This document shows, one piece after another, positions 19,654 through 27,693 of a stretch of 42,765 nucleotides of DNA. Within the stretch, counting starts at the first letter, position 1. Every line of letters begins with the position of its first letter. Both the position numbers and the translations under genes were made by a program. The stretch covers positions 1 through 42,765 of the forward strand of contig JAHLWP010000035.1 of NCBI GenBank assembly GCA_019057865.1, written 5' to 3'. The DNA comes from Promethearchaeota archaeon (GTDB lineage: Archaea; Asgardarchaeota; Lokiarchaeia; Sigyniarchaeales; SOKP01). A model generated the notes under the pieces. That model was not told where the DNA came from, ran no database searches, and saw only the letters and a program-made list of their open reading frames with translations.

Positions 19654-20181
19654 ATGTCTCCAAAAGAAATTACAAAAGTAGACATGACTAACGAAGTTTT
19701 TAAAGAACCAATTGAAGTGATTAAACAATTATCTGATAATCTAGATTTAAAGTATACTAAAGTAATACAAACCTATGTTATGGAAGATAGGCGATTAAAT
19801 CTATCATTAGAACATCAAGGCTCCAGTTATTTTAAAGGAAAAGTAGTTTGGATTGGTAATAAGAAAGATGATACTGAAGGATCTATATTTTGTGTTGATA
19901 CAAAAGATGAGCTCAAGCAAATTAATCCTAATGCGGAAAATACTGAAAAAGTAATTTTAGATATAAAAAAAGAATTAATTAGAGTTAAAACTGTGTCGAA
20001 AACAAAGTGTTCTGTATGCGGCAAAAATATAGAAATCTTTGACGAACTAACCGGTTGTCCTATATGTGAAGCAAAAGCGCATAAAGATCATTTAATAGAT
20101 TGGGTTAGAATGAAACATTCTTGCCCTGTTTGTAAGAAATCTTTAAATGTATCAAGTACAGGTGTGATTTTTATCGATTAA
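19654..20181 (+). CDS. Protein with a C-terminal RING-like zinc finger
   Basis: CSVC-x12-CPIC-x4-H-x2-H-x3-W-x6-CPVC. Confidence 0.75.
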   Translation: MSPKEITKVDMTNEVFKEPIEVIKQLSDNLDLKYTKVIQTYVMEDRRLNLSLEHQGSSYFKGKVVWIGNKKDDTEGSIFCVDTKDELKQINPNAENTEKVILDIKKELIRVKTVSKTKCSVCGKNIEIFDELTGCPICEAKAHKDHLIDWVRMKHSCPVCKKSLNVSSTGVIFID

Positions 20182-20929
20182 ATTTTTTTTTTTGCTTAAA
20201 ACTTTTCAATTTATCAATATTTAATGATCCATCATATAAAGCAGTAGCAATTAATACACCTGAGAAATTTCGTTCTTTAAAACTTATTATATCATTGAAA
20301 TTTTTAATACCTCCTCCTACCAATATGTTTCCCTTAAAAGAACGCAAAATTTCTTGATATGATAAAGGAATACCTCCCAATTTCTGCCCAACTCGATATA
20401 AATCTAAAAGTATAATTTCCCTAATCCCAATTTCTTCTATTTTTTTAATCACTTTCAAAGGTATTTGGTTCTTTATTTCTTTAATACTTGAGATGATTTT
20501 TCCCTTACACATATCTATACTTACAATTAATTTATCATTCCCTACAATATTTATAGCGTCAGAAATTATTTGAAAATCTCCTATTGTTTCTAGGCCCAAA
20601 ATTAATTTATTAAAATCAAATTTAGAAAAAATTAAAAGATCTTTTCTATTTCTAATTCCTGGATCTATCATTATATTTACATTTAAAGTCTCTAATATTT
20701 TAATATATAGGTCTAAATTCGGTTTTTTTTTAATAATCGCATCTAAATCTGCAATATAAAACTCATAAAAGCAAGTTTGTTGTTTTAAATCTTTTATAAT
20801 TTCAATTGGATTTGAAGATTTAAGAATTTTGGATTTTAAAGGTTTATATTTATTTCTTTCACCTTTTACCGCATGTACCGCTTCAGAATTTAATATATCT
20901 ATTACGGGTATAATTTTAAAGCCGACCAT
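20171..20929 (-). CDS. HisA/HisF-related TIM-barrel protein (type associated with C1-cofactor biosynthesis)
   Basis: IIPVIDI...AVHAVKGER..Y.P, YIADLDAI, LGLET, LLDL.RVG, VGGGI, ATALYDG. Confidence 0.85.
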   Translation of the reverse strand: MVGFKIIPVIDILNSEAVHAVKGERNKYKPLKSKILKSSNPIEIIKDLKQQTCFYEFYIADLDAIIKKKPNLDLYIKILETLNVNIMIDPGIRNRKDLLIFSKFDFNKLILGLETIGDFQIISDAINIVGNDKLIVSIDMCKGKIISSIKEIKNQIPLKVIKKIEEIGIREIILLDLYRVGQKLGGIPLSYQEILRSFKGNILVGGGIKNFNDIISFKERNFSGVLIATALYDGSLNIDKLKSFKQKKKFNR

Positions 20930-21108
20930 AGAATTTAACTAAAAATAATTTCTATAATTAAAACAAAAGTTCAAAAAATTACAGATATGGAATACTCTTT
21001 TTTTTTTTAAAAAAATTGATATTAATTAATTATTAAATAATTTTATTTTTAAAGTATAATTTCTAAAATACCATTGATTAATTAAACTGCAAATTTGTTG
21101 TGTTTTAT

Positions 21109-22818
21109 ATGAAAACTGAGGCATATATTAGGAAAATAATTGAAAATACCGGTTTAGAAAGAAAGGAAATTGAACAATTAGTTGAAGAAAAGAAGACAGA
21201 GTTAAAAGGTTTAATTTCTGATGAAGGTGCTTTATTTATTATTGCTAAAGAGTTAGGAGTTGATATAAAGGAAGAAACTAAAAGACTCCTAGAAGATATT
21301 GATATTAAGGTTGCTGATATTAGCGTAAATATGAAAAATATAACTCTGATAGGCAGGGTTAAAGAAATCAATAGTGTCTTCACTTTTAATAAAAGTGATG
21401 GTAATATTGGAAAAGTGGGATCCTTTTTATTACATGATGATACCGGAGATATACGAATTGTCTTATGGGACGAACACATAAATATTTTTAAAGAAAATAA
21501 TTTTGTTAAAAATGAATTGGTTAAGATTTTAAATGGATATGCCAAAAAAGGTAAATATGAAGAAGTTGAAATTCATATAGGTAATTTAGGAAAGATAATC
21601 TTATCACCCGAAGATGTTGATTATAAAAATTATCCTAAAATAAAAGAGGAATTTATCTCAATAAGTAATATTGATTTAACAATGAAATCAGTTGCTATTG
21701 AAGGAAAAGTAATACAAAAATTTCCAATAAAAGAATTTGTAAAAAAAAATGGCGAAAGTGGAAAGGTAGGGTCTCTTATTTTGATGGATTCTACAGGATC
21801 TATAAGAGCTACTTTTTGGAATGAAGATACTCAGAAATTTAAAGAATTTGAATCTGATGATTATATCGCAATTACTAATTTGAATCCAAGATTAAATAAT
21901 CTCGATTCTACAACAATAGACTTATTTGCTAGTTCTAGCTCAAGCATCACTAAAAAAGATCAACCTATACAACTAGAAGTTGAATTAGTTGAAAATATTA
22001 ACCAACTTCAAAGTAGACAAAATATTGTCTCATTTAAAGGAATTATTACCTCTATTGATAATTTGAAAAAAGTTAGACTAAAATCAGGGGATGAAGTTTA
22101 TTTATTGAATTTTATTGTGAGTGATAATACAGATTTCATTAGAATTACAGCATGGCGTGAAAGAGCAGAAAGCCTATCGAAAAAACTATCAAATAATACA
22201 GGAGTAATGATTAAAAATACACTCTTAAGAGTTAATAGTTATTCTGGGAGAAAAGAAGCTTCAATAATAGCGGATACAAATTTAGAAATAATTAATCTTA
22301 GTTTTAGCAACCTCAAGAAATTTGAAGGTATATCAGAGACTAAAAATATTTCTCATTCGAATAATATTACAAAAATTAGTGAAATAAACTCACTAGGTGT
22401 CTTTGAAATAAAAGGTTTTATTGCTAAAGAAATAAACAGAATAAATATCTACAATGCCTGTTCTAAATGTTTTAGAAAGATAGAAAATTGTAATTGTGAA
22501 GAAAAGGGTGAAATAAAACCTAGAATGATTTTAAACCTTTTTATTGACGATGAGAGTGGTATAATACGTTCTTCATTTATAGGTGACATTGCTGAGAAAT
22601 TACTTGGAAAAGAAACTGAAATTATAATGAAAGTAATGGATACTTCTGATTATGATAAAGTTTTAGAGAAACTTTCAAGCCAGTTAGTAGGAAGAGATAT
22701 TTGCATCAAAGGAAAGGTTAAATTCAATGATTATTCAAATTCGTATGAATTAAATGCTTTTGATTTTCAAGAAGTAGATGTCAATTATGATTTAGAGCAA
22801 ATAATAAACGAAATTTAA
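21109..22818 (+). CDS. Replication protein A large subunit (RPA70-like)
   Basis: Four OB folds (DDTG.IRIVLW, DSTG.IRATFW, DNTD.IRITAW, DDESG) and a Y.AC..C...C.C zinc finger. Confidence 0.9.
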   Translation: MKTEAYIRKIIENTGLERKEIEQLVEEKKTELKGLISDEGALFIIAKELGVDIKEETKRLLEDIDIKVADISVNMKNITLIGRVKEINSVFTFNKSDGNIGKVGSFLLHDDTGDIRIVLWDEHINIFKENNFVKNELVKILNGYAKKGKYEEVEIHIGNLGKIILSPEDVDYKNYPKIKEEFISISNIDLTMKSVAIEGKVIQKFPIKEFVKKNGESGKVGSLILMDSTGSIRATFWNEDTQKFKEFESDDYIAITNLNPRLNNLDSTTIDLFASSSSSITKKDQPIQLEVELVENINQLQSRQNIVSFKGIITSIDNLKKVRLKSGDEVYLLNFIVSDNTDFIRITAWRERAESLSKKLSNNTGVMIKNTLLRVNSYSGRKEASIIADTNLEIINLSFSNLKKFEGISETKNISHSNNITKISEINSLGVFEIKGFIAKEINRINIYNACSKCFRKIENCNCEEKGEIKPRMILNLFIDDESGIIRSSFIGDIAEKLLGKETEIIMKVMDTSDYDKVLEKLSSQLVGRDICIKGKVKFNDYSNSYELNAFDFQEVDVNYDLEQIINEI

Positions 22819-22937
22819 TTCTAATTTGATTGTATAATACACTTTTTTTAACTAGTTTTTATTGCTTTTATCAGTATTTTTATAAATAGATTAATTTGTT
22901 AGATTATAATCAGTATAGAAATTAAGATTTATTTTAT

Positions 22938-23873
22938 ATGAAGGAAGTTGATATTATAGGATTAGGGGAAGCCGTTATAGATTGGGTGGCTGAAATACCA
23001 CATTTTCCGAGACCTGATGAAAAAGTTGATGCATTAACCGAGAAATATTTTCCAGGTGGAGTGACTGCCAATTTTTTAGTAGCAATAGCTAGACTAGGAG
23101 GTAGGTGTGGATTTATTGGTGCAGTTGGAGATGATTTATATGGAGATTTCTTAATTAAAGACTTTAAAAATGAAAATGTAGATGTATCATTTATAAGCAA
23201 GAAACTAGGCAAAAAAACTCCAATCAATTTTATATTTATTGCTAAAGGGGAAAAAACAATTATCCAATCAACTCATATGTATAATACAAAATTAAAAATT
23301 TCTGATTTAGATGAATCGTATATAGCTGAAGCAAAACTTTTGCATACAACAATAATTCATCCTGAACTTACTAAAAAAGCAATTGAAATTGCGAAAAAAC
23401 ATGATGTAAAGGTTAGTATAGATTTGGAACCTCAGATTGCTCAGAGAGGGTGGAAAGTTTTAAAAAAGATAATTCTAGAGGCAGATATCCTAATACCTAA
23501 CAAAAAAGGTGCTAATTTAATTACAAAATGTAAAACACCTAAAAAAGCTGCTGAAAGATTAATTAAGAAAGGAGTACCAATTGTAGTTATAACTTTAGGA
23601 AGTGAAGGGGCCCTAGTTGCAACAAAAGAATTTCAAAAAAAAATTCCATGTTTTAAAGTTGATAATATAATAGACACTACAGGTGCTGGTGATACTTTTA
23701 ATGGAGCCTTATCAGTAGCTTATTGGATTAAAAAAATGAATTTGGAAAAATCAATCATTTATGCAAATGCTGCTGCAGCATTAAAAATTCAGAAATTGGG
23801 AGCTAGAACAGGGATGCCTAGCGAAAGTGAATTAATAGCGTTTTTAAAAAGTAAAAATATAGTTAATTTATAA
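22938..23873 (+). CDS. PfkB family carbohydrate kinase (ribokinase-like)
   Basis: PGG..AN...ARLG, GAVGDD, TLGSEGA, DTTGAGDTF. Confidence 0.92.
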   Translation: MKEVDIIGLGEAVIDWVAEIPHFPRPDEKVDALTEKYFPGGVTANFLVAIARLGGRCGFIGAVGDDLYGDFLIKDFKNENVDVSFISKKLGKKTPINFIFIAKGEKTIIQSTHMYNTKLKISDLDESYIAEAKLLHTTIIHPELTKKAIEIAKKHDVKVSIDLEPQIAQRGWKVLKKIILEADILIPNKKGANLITKCKTPKKAAERLIKKGVPIVVITLGSEGALVATKEFQKKIPCFKVDNIIDTTGAGDTFNGALSVAYWIKKMNLEKSIIYANAAAALKIQKLGARTGMPSESELIAFLKSKNIVNL

Positions 23874-23949
23874 TTAATATTAATTTATAATTATTTTTTT
23901 ATTCTAAACCAACTTAAAAACTAAGTAGTAAAAATAAAAGATTAATATT

Positions 23950-24390
23950 TTATTGGTCTATTAGGCAAATATTTGCATATTCATGAGGTTTGTTTATTAA
24001 ATTTCGATAATTTTTAAGAATCTTCTCAGATGATAAATCTGTGGTTTGTAAATTAAATGGCCAAACTCCTACTACAATATCACCCAATTTTTTCACATTT
24101 CCAATTAAATAACCTACTTTTGCTCCATCTGATTTAAGTGTATATAATACAATAAAATAATAATTATATGAATATCTAGATTTTTTAGTACCAATTACAA
24201 CAACCTCTTCAATATTTTGAAAATATAAAATGTTGTGGCTTAATTCACTCAAGTTTTTTAGCTCCAAGATAAATTGAGTTGTAACCTTTATTGGTTTATC
24301 TGAAGTTATATCTTTAAAGCTCAATGTTAATTTCTTATTTTCAGACTCTTGAACTCCTTTAAAGATTACTTTATAAATATTGAAATCCAT
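23950..24390 (-). CDS. Hypothetical protein
   Basis: 146-aa ORF with no overlap and no recognised motif. Confidence 0.65.
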   Translation of the reverse strand: MDFNIYKVIFKGVQESENKKLTLSFKDITSDKPIKVTTQFILELKNLSELSHNILYFQNIEEVVVIGTKKSRYSYNYYFIVLYTLKSDGAKVGYLIGNVKKLGDIVVGVWPFNLQTTDLSSEKILKNYRNLINKPHEYANICLIDQ

Positions 24391-24471
24391 AGAAATTAGG
24401 TAAAGATTTATTTTTTTAATTATATAACTTTTTATATCTAGATTTCTGAAAGAGATGTTAATTATTATTAT

Positions 24472-24804
24472 TTACCTTTTTTTTCTTTTTTCTTGAATAA
24501 GGATATTTTCTTCAGGAAATCCTAAATCAATTAAAAACTTTTTCATCTTAAAACGATGATCTCCTTGAAGTTCAACCTCGTTATTTCTTACAGTTCCGCC
24601 TGAAGCACACTTTTTCTTTGCTTTTGTTAAGATATCTTTAAGATTAACATCAAAATTCCCTACAAATGTTATTACTGTAACCACTCGCCCCCATTTCCTT
24701 GTGTCATTAGATATTATTATTTGTTGCTCATCAGCACTTAAGCCTTCACAAATACATAGTTCTTTTGGAAAACTACATATTGGACAAATGTCGTCGTCTT
24801 TAAT
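24472..24804 (-). CDS. sui1: Translation initiation factor aIF-1 (SUI1), probable ATT start codon
   Basis: The track ORF (24472-24684) extends 40 codons in frame: (ATT)KDDDICPICSFPKELCICEGLSADEQQIIISNDTRKWGRVVT...CASGGT....VELQGDHR. An in-frame TGA at 24816-24814 closes the frame, and there is no ATG/GTG/TTG before the Cys motif. Confidence 0.92.
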   Translation of the reverse strand: MKDDDICPICSFPKELCICEGLSADEQQIIISNDTRKWGRVVTVITFVGNFDVNLKDILTKAKKKCASGGTVRNNEVELQGDHRFKMKKFLIDLGFPEENILIQEKRKKR

Positions 24805-25082
24805 ACTCTCTTTTCACAACCTTTAATATTAAAATCTTTTTAAAATACAATACTTGAAAAATAATAGAACAATATCTTTTAAAAATCTTTCACTCTAGAG
24901 TGACACTTTTATAATGTAAAAAAGAGGGAACTTAAATTTGATAAATTAAACATTAAAAATTTATCTTTTAAATTTATAATATTAGATTTAATTTATCAAG
25001 TAAAAAAATATATAAAGATTAAATTTTATTTAATATAAAAAACTGTACTCTTTATTTTAGTTTAATAATGTGAATAATTAAT

Positions 25083-25616
25083 ATGCAAAGTTCATGGATA
25101 TTTAAAGTAATTGTGGCAGGGGCTGGTGGAGTTGGAAAAACTGCTATGATAACTCGTTATTGTACAGGGAGATTCGAAGAAGGGTATAAAATGACTATAG
25201 GTGCAGGTTTTTATACAAAATCTGAAATTCTTGATACAGGAGAAGCTGTTAAAATGCAACTCTGGGATTTTGCAGGAGAAAAACGTTTTCGCGAACTTCT
25301 ACCCGACTATTGTAAAGGGGCTAGTGGAGCATTCATATGTTTTGATATAAGCGATTATGATACATTTAGAGAAATACCTGAATGGCTTAAGATCATCCGC
25401 CAAAAAGCTGGATTTATACCAATAATTCTTATGGGTATGAAATGGGATCTACCCAACCATGAAGTTGTTTACGAAATTGCAAATGATTATGCTGAAAAAG
25501 CTAAATGTAATCAGTGCGTATTTTGTTCTTCGAAAGGAAATATCAATGTAACAGATTCTTTTCAGGCCATGGCAAAATGGTTAATCTATTATGCCACTCA
25601 AACAAATATGATATAA
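25083..25616 (+). CDS. Rab-like small GTPase
   Basis: FKVIVAGAGGVGKT, YKMTIG, LWDFAGEKRF, MKWD, CSSK; no C-terminal prenylation motif. Confidence 0.9.
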   Translation: MQSSWIFKVIVAGAGGVGKTAMITRYCTGRFEEGYKMTIGAGFYTKSEILDTGEAVKMQLWDFAGEKRFRELLPDYCKGASGAFICFDISDYDTFREIPEWLKIIRQKAGFIPIILMGMKWDLPNHEVVYEIANDYAEKAKCNQCVFCSSKGNINVTDSFQAMAKWLIYYATQTNMI

Positions 25617-25707
25617 TATTAAAATTCTGATTTTAATCTGGTTTTATTAAACAGTAAAAGCTAAATATAATATTTAATAAAATTATTATAAAATAATCAT
25701 AAAAAGC

Positions 25708-25902
25708 GCCTCTGTAGCTCAGTTAGGTAGAGCACCGCCTAAATTATGTGCGCCTAAAGCACCCGGCTAAGTAAGCTTGATTTCACAGCTTCTCCGGAAG
25801 TTAACCGGGCGGTCGCATGTTCGATATTCTGTCTGATGATATCCAGACAGAACGGGTTCCATACAATGTTCGAGCTCCAAGCAGTGGGAAAAGCCAGGGG
25901 CG
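25708..25902 (+). tRNA. tRNA-Asn(GTT) with four introns (22/23, 33/34, 59/60, 63/64)
   Basis: Exons 25708-25730, 25758-25768, 25800-25825, 25859-25862 and 25893-25902 join into a 74-nt cloverleaf: GCCTCTG TA GCTC AGTTAGGTA GAGC A CCCGG CTGTTAA CCGGG CGGTC GCATG TTCGATC CATGC CAGGGGC G. G73 fits Asn. Confidence 0.88.
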
Positions 25903-25973
25903 CTTTACTTCTCTTTTAAAATAATAATAAAAAAGAGTGTGAAATTTTATATTTATTATTTAATCAATTATAA

Positions 25974-26114
25974 TGCTCCCGCCGGGATTCGAACCCGGGT
26001 CGCAGGGGTTTTCCCTATAGACGAAGGAAATAGGTCTATATGAAGGCCCCGTATGCCACGCCCTTTCCTTCTCAATATTGAAGGGATTGATTGGCCAGAC
26101 TACACTACGGGAGC
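25974..26114 (-). tRNA. tRNA-Glu(TTC) with two introns (D-arm ~24/25: ~26054-26087; anticodon loop ~36/37-37/38: ~26009-26040)
   Basis: GCTCCCG/CGGGAGC acceptor, GTGT D-stem, CGGGG/CCCTG anticodon stem, CGAC variable loop, CCGGG-TTCGAAT-CCCGG T-arm, TTC at 26044-26042. Exact junctions are ambiguous by a few nt. Confidence 0.8.
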
Positions 26115-26358
26115 AAATTTTTATCTAATTAATTTTTTTTATCCTTATGATAGAGTAATCAAATAATATTATTCAAAGAATTTGATAAATCACGACTTAT
26201 GTATAATTTTGTAATTATTTTTTAATTTTAAATTTTTTCATAATCTATTTTGGAAAATTAGACTTAGTAATTAATTAACTCTTAAAATAAGTATCTTTTG
26301 TACAAATTCATTGAAATTTCTAAATTTGATATTTTAATTTATGTGGTATTGAATCTAA

Positions 26359-26443
26359 TGCGGGAAGGGAGATTTGAACTCCCGAACTCCTACGAGAATG
26401 GATTCTAAGTCCACCACCTTTGACCAGACTTGGCGATTCCCGC
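26359..26443 (-). tRNA. tRNA-Leu(TAG), intronless
   Basis: GCGGGAA/TTCCCGC, GTGGA-CTTAGAA-TCCAT, long variable arm, GGGAG-TTCAAAT-CTCCC. Confidence 0.96.
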
Positions 26444-26613
26444 TTTTTGAGATTAAATTGTAGATTTATTATTTAATTAAAATGGTTAGAAATAAATAAA
26501 TTTTATATTTGTGAACTTAGTTCTAAATACGATTGAATTAAAAGAAAAAAATTTATTATTATATATAATATAAAAATTTTATATTAATAATAAAAAAAAA
26601 GCCTGAGTTTTTT

Positions 26614-27612
26614 ATGAGTGTAAGGGAATCTTTAATTAAACATTTAACGTCTATTTTACGGGCATCTGAAGGAACAATCTTAGTAGTTCTATGTGATCAA
26701 AATGGTCTATCTATAGCTAAAATTGGCAGGAAAAGTGATATAGATTTAAATCCAAATCAAATAACAAGTTTAGCATCAGCAGCGTTTTCTGCTAGTCAAG
26801 AAAATTGGGAAGATTTGAACATTAAAGATCAAGTTATTTCATTTTCATATTTTGATAAGATTTGTTTGATAACAATAAGAATTAATGAAACTCTTCTTAC
26901 AATAGTTCATGATTATCATAAAGAATGGCCATTAGATGCTGATAATCTAGCTAGTTCTATGTATTATTTAAAACAAAAGTTAGGTGATTTTTTTGGGGGT
27001 GGCAGAGAATCTGAAAAAGAAATTGAAGAGTTTTGCGATAAAGTTCGAAGTGCTACGTATCTTTTCGGGATGGGATCAGAAGTTCCTTTTACATCATACC
27101 TCCCTGAAAAAATTGATAAATCAGATATCTTAAATTCTATAAGCACTGTTTTGGATTCTGTTCAAAATCCTATATTTATCAGGTATAGTTTAGTTAGCCC
27201 TTCTGGTTTGACTTTAGATGCTCGAGAAGTTAGTGGGAAAGATTTACCTGTTTCCGTTGAAGCATTTTCTGCAAATGCTAACGTAGCATTTCAAAAAATG
27301 AAAGAAGAATCAGAAGGAAGCTCAATTGGTGATCTCTTAAGTTATATAGCAATCGCAGGTCAAGATACTGAAAATTTTTATGGTCTTCTCGCAAGTCCTT
27401 CAGGAAAAATAAATTTTTCAAAAATGGAAGATACTTCAAATGTTCAGGAAATATCTTTTATTGGATTGTTTACATTAACATATGGAGGTATTCCCGTTAT
27501 TAGTGAAGCCAGAAATATTATTTTTTCAATATTAGAAATTCTTGGGAGTGAAAAAACGACACAGAACTTCATTGAGTCTATAAATGTTCTTACTAGTTAT
27601 AAATATGATTAA
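26614..27612 (+). CDS. Tandem roadblock/LC7 (MglB-like) domain protein
   Basis: Two repeats of the roadblock pattern: VVLCDQNGLSIA...ITSLASAAF and SLVSPSGLTL...FSANANVAF. Confidence 0.8.
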   Translation: MSVRESLIKHLTSILRASEGTILVVLCDQNGLSIAKIGRKSDIDLNPNQITSLASAAFSASQENWEDLNIKDQVISFSYFDKICLITIRINETLLTIVHDYHKEWPLDADNLASSMYYLKQKLGDFFGGGRESEKEIEEFCDKVRSATYLFGMGSEVPFTSYLPEKIDKSDILNSISTVLDSVQNPIFIRYSLVSPSGLTLDAREVSGKDLPVSVEAFSANANVAFQKMKEESEGSSIGDLLSYIAIAGQDTENFYGLLASPSGKINFSKMEDTSNVQEISFIGLFTLTYGGIPVISEARNIIFSILEILGSEKTTQNFIESINVLTSYKYD

Positions 27613-27693
27613 GGATAAGAAAACTCATGATTTATGAGAATATATATTCCTACTATTAGATAATAATGTAATAGTTGACTTAAAGGTTGAGTT

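Noticed and set aside
24472-24684. 70-aa aIF-1 starting at GTG as given in the ORF track, or a pseudogene call
   Set aside because: This start would drop the conserved Cys motif and first beta-strand, which are intact and in frame upstream.
25703-25906. Split or permuted tRNA interpretation of the Asn locus (flanks AAAGC/GCTTT are complementary)
   Set aside because: All exons are collinear on one strand, and the flank pairing is only 5 bp, simply extending the acceptor stem.
26003-26051. Reading the anticodon as TCA (selenocysteine or opal suppressor tRNA)
   Set aside because: It needs a C31-A39 mismatch and a shifted stem. The body has Glu-type acceptor and D-arm and a 4-nt variable loop, with no long variable arm or extended acceptor stem as in tRNA-Sec.
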